A stretch of DNA of 64,000 bases from Camelus dromedarius. Its lineage: Eukaryota. A program made the position numbers and the translations under genes. The notes below the pieces were generated by a model, which had not been told where the DNA came from, made no database searches, and saw nothing but the letters and a program-made list of their open reading frames with translations. This document shows, piece after piece, positions 23,356 through 36,370 of the stretch. How positions within the stretch are numbered: the stretch's first letter is position 1; every line of letters begins with the position of its first letter. The DNA lies in NCBI RefSeq assembly GCF_036321535.1, contig NC_087437.1:116004001-116068000 (forward strand). The letters run 5' to 3'.

Positions 23356-24854
23356 ACATCCCACTTGGAATCCATCCTCACCAGTAAAGATGGACTCTGA
23401 AGGTGGAGGTGCTCCCAGAAATATCTGAAGGGATCACCACAAAACTGGGCTTCTGGGGCTGCCCGGGATTTCCTTGATCGTAAGTCAAGGATGCCCCACA
23501 GCCATTCCTGCTGGTCAAATCGACGGGGATGAAGCGAGCACCAGTTTTCTCAAAGACCAAGAAGAAGCAAAGACACCTGGAATTCAGATTTTCCTCCAGG
23601 ACATTTCAGAGGTAGGCTAGTGTGCGAAAAGTAGGGAAAAGCTTCACACTGTAACGGTGGATGGGGGCCTTAGAAGGGAACTGCAGAAAGAACACAAGGC
23701 CAAGGCAGGACCAGACCCTCTGCCCCACATGCACGCAGAGACTCAGGCAGAGGAGACAAAAGTGATGGAAGGCACCACAGGCAAAAAAACCAAACAGCCC
23801 AAAGGAAACAGAAGTACTACGGACACACAGTGGCATGAGGATCCCACGTCAGCGCAGTGGAACTCGCCTCTGAAGTACAGGACAGTGGGTCTGGATGCTA
23901 GAGCCTGACAGGACACGTTTCTTCTCCAGGATGGGCAGACGTAGGTGAGCTTCTCTTGGCGAGATCTCAGAGAACTCATGGACAGTATTAACCACTGAGA
24001 GGAGTTTATGATTTGCATGCCAATGAGTTAATCTTGCAACAGAGAGCACGTCAGAGAACAGGGGAATAAAAAATGTGTATGGTTCAAAGTATTATCTGAT
24101 CATTGATAATTCTGACTAGATAATGGTTGGTAGGACCTTCAGGTGCCTCCAATGTCCTTAGAACTTCTGCACGTGCATCTCTCATCCCCTCGTGGCATTG
24201 AGGACTGAAGGCCTGAGGTGGGCTGGGGCACCTGGTACCATATGTTTATTGTGGTCTGAGGTCACGTTTGGGGGCAGCGTGGTCTGTCTAGATCAGCTGA
24301 GGTCTGATCTCATTTGGACGCTGGCCACATGGGGACGGGGTGGAGCTCATTCTCCCGTTTCCACTGTGGTCTCAGTGGCCTCAGAGGGGGCGTGAGTCAG
24401 TAACCACTGACAGCTGAGTCTTCATCCCTGTGACCCAGGACTCTCTTTAAGTCAGAAAATTTCGGGGGGGGGGCCCTTTCAGTGACATTTTTCATAGACA
24501 TTAAATGATTTATTAATGACTCCCTGAACACTCATTTACAACAACAACCAACAGAATGAAAGAAAAGAAAGAGTAACGTTCTTCTGTAATTTTATATGAA
24601 TTAGGGTGCTTTTTATAGGCTGTGGATGACTCACCTCCAATGAAAAGTGGCTTCAACAAATAAGGACACTGACCGTCTCTGGCAGTAGGAGCTCGTGCAC
24701 GCCAGGACCATCACCCACCGTGATTGCCACATGGCTGCTCCAGCCTGAGTAGCATGTCCTCAGACAACTGTCTGATAGGAGCAGGGTAGACACGGGGAAG
24801 TAAGACTCCCCTGGACTTCTCAGTGTTCCTATGAAAAGCCCTGGCCTCCGAAGA

Positions 24855-25350
24855 CTGTTCACAAGCCAAGAGAATCAGACCTATAGCTGTCTGGCTAATG
24901 TCCATTGATGGATGAACAGATAAAGGAAATGTGATACACATGCACACACATACCCACAATAGAATATTACTTACCCTCAAATAAAGAAGGAAATTGGACC
25001 ATAGGCTATAACATATGAACTCCGAGGACTTTATGCTAAGTGAAATAAGCCAGTCCCCAAAGGACAAATACTGCATGATGCCATGTCTGTGAGGTATCTA
25101 AAGTAGTCAGACTCATAGAAACTGAGAGTAGAACAGTGATTACCAGGGCCCGGGGGAGGAGGAGATGGGGAGCTGCTGTTCAGTAGGTGTAAAATTTTAG
25201 TTATGCAGGATGACTGGGCTCTGAAGGTCTGCTGCACTGCACAGTGCTTACAGTTGACAGCACTCTCCTGTGCACTGGACAGTGTGTTAGGAATGTGGAC
25301 CTCATATTAAGTGTTCTTACCACAATAAAAAGAAAAAAGAAAAAAAAAAA
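24855..25350 (+). mobile_element. L1MA-type 3' end with poly(A)
   Basis: TGTCCATTGATGGATGAACAGATAAAG...TATGCTAAGTGAAATAAGCCAG...TTAAGTGTTCTTACCACAATAAAAAGAAAAAAGAAAAAAAAAA. Confidence 0.85.
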
Positions 25351-25369
25351 CACTTTCTAGAATTCTAGA

Positions 25370-25690
25370 AGCAAACTTCATGTCCTTTTCCAGTCAATAC
25401 TTCCCCAATGTCTTGTAACCATAAATTATTTTTTTTCTCTTTTTGGCCTTTGCATGCAAATAATTACAAAAAATATACTCTTTCATATCTGTCTTTGACA
25501 TAATGTTGTTCAATGTTGTATACATGAGACCATCCATACTCATATGTGGGTGATTCATTCTCACTGCTGTATACTATTCCTATGAATCCACCAAACTTTA
25601 TACTTCCCACTGTTGATAGATATTTAGGTTGTTTCCAGATTTTGGCTACTTCAAGTAGCACTATTAGGATCATTCTTGTAGGTACATGTG
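25370..25690 (-). mobile_element. Old L1 (L1ME-like) fragment
   Basis: TTGATAGATATTTAGGTTGTTTCCAGATTTTGGCTACT is an antisense L1 motif. Confidence 0.6.
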
Positions 25691-27338
25691 ATAATTTTGA
25701 TGAAAAAACAAAAACAAGAATGAAAAAATTCAAAAGGAGATTGAAAATTCCCTCATCCCCCTCAAAGGTCCAGGTGGTTACAAGCCCAGCATCAGAACCT
25801 AGATTAAGCCCCTGCAGTGCTAGGAAGACTGGAGAGGCTACCTGATGTTGACATTTCAAGGGGGAATGAAGCTTGGCATACCTCCAGGTCTTAAATACTG
25901 TGTCACACCTGGGGATCTCTGGCTTCCAGCAGAGATTTTATTTATATACCAAAGGGTTGGAGTAAGGGGGATACTTTAAGGAGGAGATCTGCCTCCTTTT
26001 CTGCATAAGCAGAAAAATATTATTTCTCTCTGTTCCATGCCTATGGGGTATCATCTGTGTAGGAAACATTCCTGTTGGCTCTTAACATGCTGCCTCTTGG
26101 GTAAGCACTGGGGCAAGGAGGTGGACACACATTCTTTACTACAAGGTACTTCATAAGAATCTGAGTCTGACCCAGAACATCTTGTATGCACGTTTAGGAT
26201 AAAATGAATAAAAACCAACAGAAGGGCATAATCTCTCCCCCATATCATGTTCTCTCTCCCCTTAGGGGGAACAATCTTTTCTAGAAACCTCTCCTGCAGA
26301 ATTTCCCTTAGTTCTCCTTGGCTAGACCAACTGGGTTATAAATCTGATCCTTGCTGAGAAGGTGAGGCTCTGGCCCCCTAGCCTCTATATGGGAGGCAGG
26401 GTTGCCAGAACGGGGAAGGGACAGAGAAGGAGCGTTGTGCAGGTAATCAACATCACTTCTGCATATTGCTGATATTAACAGTAACAGATGGGTTCTTTCA
26501 ATAAAGTCTATGTTTGTATGTCAGTTTTAGAAAAATTCATTACTTTTCATCCATAGCTCAACAATACTAAATTTGATTACCCGTTCCAATTTAATCTGTA
26601 CTACACTGAAAATTACATGAGGAGAAGTTACTCCTCTGACAGAAGAACCCAGTATTGATGGAAACTGTGCTGACACAATTATTCTTCTGAAAGTAATCCA
26701 GGCTGGCTGCAGTCCTTCTGGGCTCCGAGCTTACAAAACCAATGCAAGGATACACTTTTTTTTTTTTCATGGCAGCTGAGTTCTGCTTATCGCTAAGGTC
26801 AGTTCACTAACCCAAGATTAGCATCTAGCAATTAAAATATCATACTGTGTAAGTGGGACCTGTGTCTCCCTACCACAATGAAATAATTCACCAGATAGAT
26901 TTCTGTCAGAGGGGGCTCAGAATGGTTCTTTAACTTGAGGGTATTTGAGCTTCCCTGTTCTTTGACGGCGATCACAAGTGCACGCAGATCACTAGGTTTA
27001 TTTACATCATCCTTGGCAAATGGCTGTGTTTCTTACAAGAGAAGATGAAAGAAGGTGTCATAGCCTCTCCGAAGAACTAAAATGAAAACAGTGGTAACCT
27101 AGGAATCACACACAACACCCACATGCACACACTCTTCCACACTCAGACACTTCGTCTCTCACCATGTTCCAAGCCACCAAAGGGAAAAGTAATACTCTGG
27201 TTGGTCTGATGAATTCAGTTTGAACACATCCTAAATTTATCCAGCTTCTCTTCCCCGCGTTACTCAGATCCGAATATAGTAACCCAACTGTAACTTGGAC
27301 AGATTGGAAGAGAACAGAACTCTCATCTCGCTTTTCTT

Positions 27339-27690
27339 CTTTTTTCCTTCCTTTTTTGAAGTATAGTTGATTTACAATATTATATTAGTTTCAGATGTAC
27401 AACATAGTGATTCAGTATTTTCATAGCTTATACTCTCTCTGACGTTATTATAAAATAATGGCTACATTTCCCTGTGCTGTGCAATATATCCTCGTTGCTT
27501 TTTCATTGCAGCCACTATGGAAAACAGTTTGGAGGTTCCTCAAAAAACCAAAAATAGAACTACCATCTGATCCATCAATTCCACTGCTGGATATATATCC
27601 AAAGAAGACGAAAATGCTAATTCGAAAAGACGTGCACCCCAATGCTCGTGGCAGCGTTGTTTACAAAAGCCAAGACATGGAGGCAACCCA
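27339..27690 (-). mobile_element. 5'-inverted, truncated L1 insertion
   Basis: Antisense L1 3' terminus (27339 to about 27500) is joined to a sense-orientation ORF2-end segment (QPLWKTVWRFLKKPKIELPSDPSIPLLDIYPK); 13/16 TSD at 27323-27338 and 27691-27706. Confidence 0.8.
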
Positions 27691-28879
27691 TCATGTTCCT
27701 TTTCTTAAAAACAAAATTCTGTTCAAACAACTTGATTTAAAATGTATTCTTAGATGCTCCGTATTATGTCTATGATCTCGTAAGGCCTTAAGTTTTGCTT
27801 TTTAAATCCTTTTTGCTGCTGTTAAGTCATGTCTCCCAAATGAAATTTAGGGAGATAGCTGGGCTTTAGACTTAGGCAAAGGACATTGTTTCCAACTCCC
27901 AGTCTCACTCTCTCTCTCCCTTTAGCTGGTTTCTCCGTGATCTCTCTCCTGTGCTCCAGACTCAGATTCACCTGCTAAACTAACAGCTTCCTCTGTCTTT
28001 CCAGTTGGTACCTGCAACATCACATTTTGTAACGACTGCTCACCAATCGTCCATGTGCTCATTTAGACAGAGCGCCCGACCAATACGCTGGAGGAGGAAG
28101 TAATGGATGTCAATTCTAGGCCACAGCTTCTAAGATCTGGTGTCTGACCCTCCTGCTTTTTACCCAAGAAACATGGATGCCTTGTCTTTTAGAAGGTGCA
28201 GAGGCTGTGAGTATTTTCATGTGGTTAAATTTCTCATCATTTAAATAGTTTTATGTCTGCTTACAGTCAAATATATTAAAATGTTTTAAATTGAACCTAA
28301 CTGCTAGTCATTATTTATCTGTTCAGTCTTTTAATAATTACATAATGTGATTTATTCTTAGTAGAATATTTTAAATTAATGTTGATAATTAATTAATACC
28401 AGAGGATAGTTTCTTCTCAAAATCAAAAATATTTTCAGTATAAGAGGTAGATAAACAGATGAAGTGGTATATGATTTCTTTGATTTGTTTTTGGATCTCC
28501 TCCATTGGTGTTCAAATTCTTTTGTTAGAATTAACATTTTTGGCTGCCTATAAAGAGTCATGAATTACAACAGCATAATAGCCTCTTTTAGCTGCCATTA
28601 TGATTCATCCATAAAGATGCTGGACATGAATATTTCCTACACTGATTACCGTCACATAAAGACCGATTAGGCTGCGGTTGCCTGTGATGACATCATGTCG
28701 TTCAAAGCACTGCTTGGGCAGCAAGCTGATGATTTTCAATTTTCTCAAATCACTGCATGATACCCTTTCTCCTGAAGAATTGCTCTCTGCATTGAACTTA
28801 CTATTCCCCAGCAAATCGTTAGTCTCTGCAGCCAGCTCATTCCTGCCTCGTTTTAACTCCTTCTCACGCTACAACCTCT

Positions 28880-29000
28880 CTTTAGGGCTTGTTTCCTGTT
28901 ACAGTGGCGGAGTTGAGTTGTTACTGCAGAGATCATACAGCTGTCACTCCTGAAGTACTTTCTATCTGGCCTTTACCAAAAATGTTTGCTAACCCCTGGT
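28880..29000. mobile_element. MER58-like hAT DNA transposon fragment
   Basis: GGCGGAGTTGAGTTGTTACTGCAGAGA...CTATCTGGCCTTTACCAAAAATGTTTGCTAACCCCTG matches the MER58A terminus as I recall it. Confidence 0.7.
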
Positions 29001-30151
29001 TTAGGTAAAATTCATGGGATCTGGAATAAAAATTGGTATGATTAGAGTCACTCTATTTCCTAGATGACAAAAGACTTCCCCATTATCTTTGGCTTCTATA
29101 AATCTCAGTCCAAAGCAAATTACGCTTTTCTTGGAATGTGTTGTTTCCAATGCATTCAACTTTATTCCGAGTTAAGAGAAGAGATACATGTCTAATTACC
29201 ACTGTGATGAATACTCTGGGACTAATGAAAAACATACAACAAAAACACCATCAAATGGTAGTAAGTGTTTTAGGTTTTAAATCTGTGTCAATCTGGAGCC
29301 CAAACAGAGGAAGGAGTTTTGAGGCACTTTCTTGGAAATAGGTTTTGAGTCATAAGGCAGGTCATCCTATTTTGCCTTTACTGGAGAACAGTGAACATTT
29401 CCAAGAAGCTCTCATCCCTCACACACATTTAGTCTAATAAAAACGACCTAGTTCCCAAATCTGTATGCTATTACTTTTCAGCTTTCTTTTTCCCCTATGA
29501 AAAAAGAGTAGTGATTTTCATTTGCTACTGCTTAAAAAATGAGTCTGATGGTAAACTCCAAAACAAAGTGATTTTTCTTCCCTTAAAGTCATTCATAAAT
29601 CATCTCTTATGGTCACGCATTTTGCATTATGCTGGATATTAACAAAATATGTAAGTTTATAAGGGAGTCTGACCAAACAAAGGTTTCAGAGACTTCAACT
29701 ACCTCGATAGAAGGGTTGTTTAGTAGGGCTCTGAAGCCAGGGCTTGTCAGGCTGAAAAGAAATGCCTTACTCCTACCTTCTGCTGTCTGATGAAACCCTG
29801 CTGTCTGGTGACGGGCATGAGTTGATGGGTTTAAGAAAGAACTTGCCTAAAGGGCAATGTCTCTCTGGACAGGGTATGTAAGGATGGTTGCAGAAGAATT
29901 AAATTTCTCTCAAAACAGGATCACAGCCACCTGTCTTAGAAGATTTAGCTGTAGATTTTCTCACAGTCCTGACAGGGATGGAGGAGGGGTGTGGGTTCAT
30001 TCAATTTGCTGGCTCTGGACTAAACCTTTAGCAGTGGACTGAACTGTCCAGATACACTGATCTTTTCGCAAGAAGGTATAGATACACCTTGGCTCATCAC
30101 CAGCATCACCCTGTGCTGGAAGGTGACTGTTGGAGTAGACTTAACTCATAG

Positions 30152-30617
30152 TGTCCTAGTTTCCTAGAACTGCTGTAACAAGGTATCACATCCTGGATGG
30201 CTCAAAATAACAGAGACGCATTCTCTTACAGTTCTGGAGACTAGAAGTCCAAAATCAAGCTGTCGGTGGGGTTGGTTCTGTTTTGGAGGTTCTGTGGGAG
30301 AGCTGACATCCATGCCTCACTCTCAGCTTCTGGTGGTTGGCAGCAGTCCTTGGAACTCCTTGGCTTATACCTGCATCCCTGCAGTATGTACTTCTGTCTT
30401 CATGTGACGTTCTCCCCTCCAGGTCTGGGCCTCTATCCAAATTTCCCTCCCCTTACAAGGACACCAGTCAATGGAGTGGGGACCACCCTAATCCAGTCTG
30501 AACTTGTCTTAACTTGATTACACCTGCAAAGGCTATTTACAAATAAGGTCACATGCACAGGTATTGGGGTTAGGACTTGAACATGTCTCTTTTTGGGACA
30601 CAGTTCTACTCACTACT
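30152..30617 (-). mobile_element. MLT1B/C-like MaLR LTR
   Basis: GTTTCCTAGAACTGCTGTAACAA...TCTTACAGTTCTGGAGACTAGAAGTCCAAAATCAAG...AATAAGGTCACATGCACAGGTATTGGGGTTAGGACTT. Confidence 0.85.
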
Positions 30618-31099
30618 CTTAGCATGGCTTTGTCAGGAAGATCTATGCTGGTGAGTTGGGTAATTTCTCCTACAGTTTCTGCAGCTGCCATACGCACATC
30701 ACTTGCTATGCACGTTTGTGCTTCTGGGACCCAGCATGGTCTGGGAAGTCCCTGTGTGACATTCTCTGCCTCACTCTTTCCTCCAGAGGGATGGGTCATT
30801 GGTCTGGTCAGAAACCCAGGAGCATTTACCCCATGGGTTGAGGTCTATATTTTGCAAAAATTAAAAGAGGATATTTTGGGTGGTGGCAGAAAGTCTAGTG
30901 CAATGTCTCCTGTTGAAGCGTGTGTTTGGGTTTCCGCACTTTGGGTCAGAAAGAGGATAAAGGAAGCTGGGAGGAGAGGCCGCTGCAGTGAGCGTGTGCT
31001 GAGTGTCCCAGACCCTGTGGTCACTCCAGCGTGGTGTCTGGATAGACACCAAGCCATCAGTGGGCTCTTTACGTGAGGCATTCAGGGAGTGAACAAAAG

Positions 31100-31900
31100 G
31101 ACTTTTTTTTTTTGGATCCACTGGAAATTTCTTTTGGAGTACAATATAAGGTTGGGCCTCTATGTTTTTTTTTTTTTTCCCTTCTAAATTTAAATATTTA
31201 TTTTTCTAAGCTACCTCATCAAATAATTATTTGCCTTTCTGTAATGATTTTAATGCCATCTTATATAATGTACTGAATTCTCCTTTATGTATTCAGAACT
31301 GCTTAAGAGTGTCTATTTTGTTTCATTCGTCTGCTGTTTCTTCAACCAGAACCATTCTTCATTAAGTTATAACTTTATAAATATCCTCCAGTATCAGAAT
31401 ACATGAATTATTTTTCCCTATTTTTATTTTTCAAAAACTACTGTTATTTTTCCACTTGAACGTGAGAATGAGTTTTTAAGTTCCATTTAAACTTTTCCCC
31501 CCAGATTAATCTCGAGAGAGAATTGACATCTTTACTATATGGAGTCTTTCAATCCAGGAATATACAGAATCTGTATAGCTAAGTATTTTTATGTCAGTCC
31601 ATAAAGTTTTTAAGTTGTTCTCATGTGAGCCTCATATGTGCTTTATTAATTTATACTGATGGATTTCTCATTCCTTAACTGGTTTTTAAGTTTCTTCTTT
31701 TGTTCTTGTGATTGAAATCTTTTCTGAAACATGTTTTGAATTGGTTGTTAATGATACATGAGAAAGGAGTAGACTTTATAAATTTGTTCTGTGTCACATG
31801 TTTCCCTTTAAGATATCTTACTCTTTACTGACAAGATAAAAAGAATAATTCCTGCTCTTCTGTTAAATATGAACGAAGTTGGAACCTTACAGATTCTCCA
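31100..31900 (-). mobile_element. Highly decayed old L1 ORF2 fragment
   Basis: T-rich; GAGAGAATTGACATCTTTACTATATGGAGTCTTTCAATCCAGGAA resembles antisense L1 ORF2. Confidence 0.55.
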
Positions 31901-32019
31901 CTATATGATGTGTTTCTGTTTTTAGGTAGAGCTGTCCTCAGAAACACTATTGTCTTAATTATTGTCTCATTCATCCCCTCACCCAGGTTTTTGTTAAACT
32001 ACCACTAACAATAAGATAA

Positions 32020-32484
32020 TGAATAAGGACCGTCTCCGCCTCCCAGAGATGTCCACACCCTAATCCCTGGACATGGGAAAACAGACTTTTCAAACATGAT
32101 TCAAGTAAAGATCTTGAGATGGAGAGATTGTCCAGGGTTATCAGGGTGAGCCCGATATATTCACAAGGATCTTTATAAGAAGGAGGCCGAAGGGTCAGAG
32201 TCCCAGGTGGAGGTGGGACAATGCAGAGAGAGATTGGAAGACGCGGATATCTTGCTGGCTTTGAAGATGGAGGAAGAGGCCATAAGGCAAAGATGTAGAG
32301 GCTTCCAGAAGCTGGAAAAGACAAAGACTTGGATCATTTCCTGAAGCCTCCAGAAGGCACACAGCCTGACTGACACCTTGATTTGAGGACTTCTGATCTC
32401 TAGAACTATCAGATAATAAGTTTGTGTTGTTTTGCATCTCTAGGTTTGTGGTAATTTGTTTCAGCAGCTGCAGGAACCTAACAC
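32020..32484 (+). mobile_element. MLT1D-like MaLR LTR
   Basis: AGATGTCCACACCCTAATCCCTGGA...GGATCTTTATAAGAAGGAGG...TTTGTGGTAATTTGTTTCAGCAGC...AACCTAACACA. Confidence 0.85.
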
Positions 32485-33579
32485 AGGAACTCACTGCGGA
32501 AGCATAAAGGATGAGGAGCCACAACCGGTCCTGCAATGACTTACATAGTGCAGGTCCCGAAACAGTGCAAAACTACAAGTATTGAAGGGGATGATAGCAG
32601 ACGTCAAGTGTGTGTTGTAAGAATCATAACTGACTTGGAAGTCTGACTGGCTTTTGACTCCTGCAGTTCACCTCTTGATCCTCACCACAAACTCATTCCT
32701 TCTGTAAATAATACAGAGAACCAGCCGGACACACTGGTGCCCTCTGGATTCTGCCCCTCCCCCATGAAGTCAGTGCTGGGCTTAATCAGTGGCCTCTGAT
32801 CAGTGGGTGTGTCTTTGGGGGGCCTCAGTGCAGTGTCAGGAAAGGAAGGAAGAGGAAGGTCACCTGCTTGAACCTTCAGCGTCCGCTCGGTGGTCTTGAG
32901 GGATCCTATCCAGTTCCAAACACTCCCACATCTGTACAAGGAAACCTGTGGATGAAGGACCCGGCCTCTTGGTGGGATTTCGTTTACCTGCACCTGGTGT
33001 GTCACAACCACCTCCCTGTCCCCTTGGCATCTATGTAAGAACTCCTTTCGGCCAGGTGTGCCACTCATTTTGAGTTGAATTCTGATAAGTTCACTTTTCT
33101 TCCTTTTCCTCTTTTCCAGAGATGTTTGCCTCCCGTGGTGTTTAGTGCTCCTCAGGGACCAGAGTTCCACAAGGCTCCCCAGCTGGACTGCCACTTCGTG
33201 TGGCTTTGCGAGGAGGTGGCCCTACCTGGGGTTACACCCCCTCAGAGGCTGCAGGGGTGCTGGAAATCTGGGCGGGGTCAGGGAAGCCTGTTAACCACCC
33301 ACCGTGGTGAGCCTGCAGCTCACAGCTGTTAAAATGAGAGCTGGATTTATGAACACCATACATCAAAACTCTACATCCTCTGACATTCTTTAATAGGGCA
33401 GAACTGTGTTTTCAGAATTTGTGTGACTCCAAGCAGAAGGGTTCCTCCACTTTGGTGTTCCAGCTCTCTGCTAAGGCATTGGAAGCAGTGACAGCATCCT
33501 CACATGGTCCTGCCTTTATTCAAGGATACTTCAAGCTTCCAGATTAACTAAACACTAAGAGGGGGGTGATTCGTTTCTA

Positions 33580-35150
33580 AGTTTTTATTATTTTTAACAA
33601 TTTTTAAAGTTTTTATGTTTAAATAATTATAGACCCACAGGAAGTTGTGAAGATAGTGTAGAGAGAGCCCACGTACCCATCACCCAGTTTCCCCCAGTGG
33701 TTACATTTTGTGTAACTATAGTTCAACATCGAATCCAGGATCCTGACATTGATACGTGTGTCAAGCTCTGTGTCATTTTATCACGTGTAGATTTCTCGTA
33801 ACAACAACCGTAATCAACATGCAGAGTTGTCCCATCCACACAAGGACCTCCCTCACACTGCTCCATCACACTCACACCCCCTATAGCGTCTCCACTGTTT
33901 GTAACCCCAGCAAACACTAATCTGTCCTCCGTCTCTGTGATTTTGTCATTTCGAGAATGTTCCATGAATGAGGGTGGAGGGCATAGCTCAGTGGCAGAGT
34001 GTGTGCTCGGCATGCATGAGATCCTGGGTTCAATCCCCAGTACCTCCAATAAAAATAAATAAATAAACCTACTCCCTCGGTAAATAAATACATAAATAAA
34101 TGCATATATCAACAATGTCATAGGAATGAAACCATAGTATATGACCTTTTGAGATCGGCTTTTTTCATTCAGCAAAGTGCCCTTGAGATACATATGAGTC
34201 CTGACATGTATCAAAATTTCAACCCCTTTTAATTGCTGAATGTCCCTTGCTGTGGATTTACCACAGTTTAACCATCCACAGATTGAGGGGCATTTTGGTT
34301 GTTTCCAGTTTGGGGCTATTATAGATAAAACTGCCATGAAAATTCAAGCACAGGCTTCTGTGGGGACATAACTCTTCATTTCTCTGGGATAAATGCCCAG
34401 GAGTGCAACTGCTGGGTTGTGCGGAAAGCGTATGTTCAATTTTTAATAAACTGCTAAATTACTTTTTAGGATGGCAGTACCATTTCACACCCCACCTTAG
34501 GTGTATGAGCAACCCAGCGTCCCCACCTCCTCGCCAGGCCGGCGTCTGTCCGTGTCCTGACTTTTCTTTCAGCTGCTCTGGGAAGTGTGCAGGGATCTCT
34601 CATCACGGTCTTAATTCACATTCTCTGCTGGCTGATGATATTGAACGTTTTGTCATTGGCTTATTTGCCATCCGTATAGTTTCTTTGGTGAAATGTCCCT
34701 TCATGTCTTTTGTCTATTTTCTAATTGGATGGTTTGATTTTTGAGAGTTCACGATATATTCTAAACGTGGGTCCTTGATCCGATACATGGTTTGCAAATA
34801 CTTTCTCCCAGACTACATCTTGTCTTTTCATCCTTTTAACAGGACATTTCACAAAGTAAACATTTTGAATTTCAATAAGGTAAAATTTATTGATTTATTA
34901 TTTCATGATTATGTTTTTGACATCATGTCTACAACTCTTAGCCAATCCTAGTTCGTGAAGTTCTCATCTTCTAAAAGTTTGATAGTTTTGCACTTCACTT
35001 TTAAATCTTTGGTCCACTTTTGTAGAAGGTGTGATCTTAGTTGGGCTTATTTCCTTTTGCCTGTGGATGGATACCCAGCTGTTCCGACAACAGTTGTTGA
35101 AAAGATCATCCTTTTTCTATTGAATTATTTTTACTCCTTTACCAGAAATT
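33580..35150 (-). mobile_element. Old L1 (L1MC/MB-like) 3' portion, interrupted by a SINE
   Basis: Minus-strand peptide AVLSIIAPNWKQPKCPS (L1 ORF2 C-terminus); antisense 3' UTR motifs. Confidence 0.85.
33972..34110 (+). mobile_element. tRNA-derived SINE (camelid Vic-1-like)
   Basis: Pol III A box TAGCTCAGTGG (33984-33994), B box GGGTTCAATCCCC (34026-34038), (TAAA)n tail, degenerate TSD ending GAATGA on both sides. Confidence 0.85.
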
Positions 35151-35317
35151 TTGAATTTTGCCTCTTCTAGCGCATACAGCCCAAATTCAGATGCAGTGAA
35201 GCCACTGGTACTGTGGTTTCAAACAACCCATCCAGTGAGAGGCTTCACTGAGCTGCAGTGGCTGTTTCTTCCATGGACATGTGTCGTGGAGGGAACCTAA
35301 CATCAAGACCAGGTCGC

Positions 35318-35760
35318 TTTCAACATGGATGGACAAAGAGGTGATCATAGTAAGTGAAGTAAGTCAGACAGAGAAAGACAAATATCATATGATACCACTT
35401 CTATGTGGAATCTAAAAAAATGATACAAATAAACTTATTTACAAAACAGAAACAGACTCACAGACATAGAAAACACATTTGTGGTTACCAAAGGGGGAAG
35501 GATGGGAAGGGATAAATGAGGAATTTGGGATGAACAGGTGCACTCTACTACATATCAAGGAGATGAACAACGAGGACCCACTGTAGAGCACAGGGAACTA
35601 TGCTCAATATCTCGTAACAACCTATAATGGAAAAGAATTTGAAAAGGAATGGATATATAGATATATATTTGTATGTGTAACTGAATCACTTTACAGCACA
35701 TCTGAAACAATGGTAATCAACTATACCTCAACAGAAATAAAAAAATTTTAAATTTAAAAA
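35318..35760 (+). mobile_element. L1 3' end (cetartiodactyl-type) with A-rich tail
   Basis: AAGTGAAGTAAGTCAGACAGAGAAAGACAAATATCATATGATA...CAGACTCACAGACATAGAAAAC...GCACAGGGAACTATGCTCAATATC. Confidence 0.9.
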
Positions 35761-35784
35761 TGAGTAAATGAGATGAGATTGGGG

Positions 35785-36068
35785 TGGGGGACACAGGGGC
35801 AGAGACACAGGAAAGACCATGTGAAGACCCATGAGGAGGTGAAGGCACAGAGTAAGTTGTGCTGCCACAAGCCAAGGGCGTCCAAGAACCACCAGTTCCT
35901 GGAAAAAGCAAAGAAGGACCCTCCCCTAGAGTGCCTGGAGGGAGCACAACACTGCCCACACCTTGATCGCCAACTTCTGGCCTCCAGGACTGTAAGAGCA
36001 TCAGTCCTCATTGTTTTGAGCCACCACGTTTGTGGTGGTTTGTTACTGCTCCCTAGGACATGGATACC
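35785..36068 (+). mobile_element. MLT1B/C-like MaLR LTR, 3' part
   Basis: GACCATGTGAAGAC...CTTCTGGCCTCCAGGACTGTAAGAG...TTGTTTTGAGCCACC...TTTGTTACTGC. Confidence 0.8.
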
Positions 36069-36164
36069 AGCACCCCGGCCACTGATGAAGTACCTCTGAA
36101 AAGCCACCCTGTGCCTGTGGCTACTACCTATGACCTGCGAGCTAGTGGGAAGCAAGTGTCCTAG

Positions 36165-36370
36165 TGACCAGAAGCAGAAGCTTTCAGGTTAAGGAGACAG
36201 AGGCTGAATCCAGATTCTGTCAATCACTCGCTGTGTGACCTTGGGCATGTTTCTTAAACTCTCTGTGCCTCAGTGTCATCTCCAAGAAGGTGGGTAAAAA
36301 TCAGTCTCTCCCTCACAGTGTTGTTAAGAAGAAAGGAGATAGTCCCAGTGAGAGTGCATGGTATGAGGGC
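36165..36370 (+). mobile_element. MIR SINE
   Basis: GAATCCCAGATTCTGTCAATCACTCGCTGTGTGACCTTGGGCATGTTTCTTAAACTCTCTGTGCCTCAGT. Confidence 0.8.

Noticed and set aside
28376..28953. Short ORFs that might be exons or transposase remnants
   Set aside because: No recognisable homology and no consistent splice structure
33972..34050. Possible tRNA gene
   Set aside because: It has A and B boxes, but also an A-rich tail and a TSD and no convincing cloverleaf; it is a SINE
33723..34337. 204-aa minus-strand ORF
   Set aside because: Chance read-through of L1 and SINE sequence
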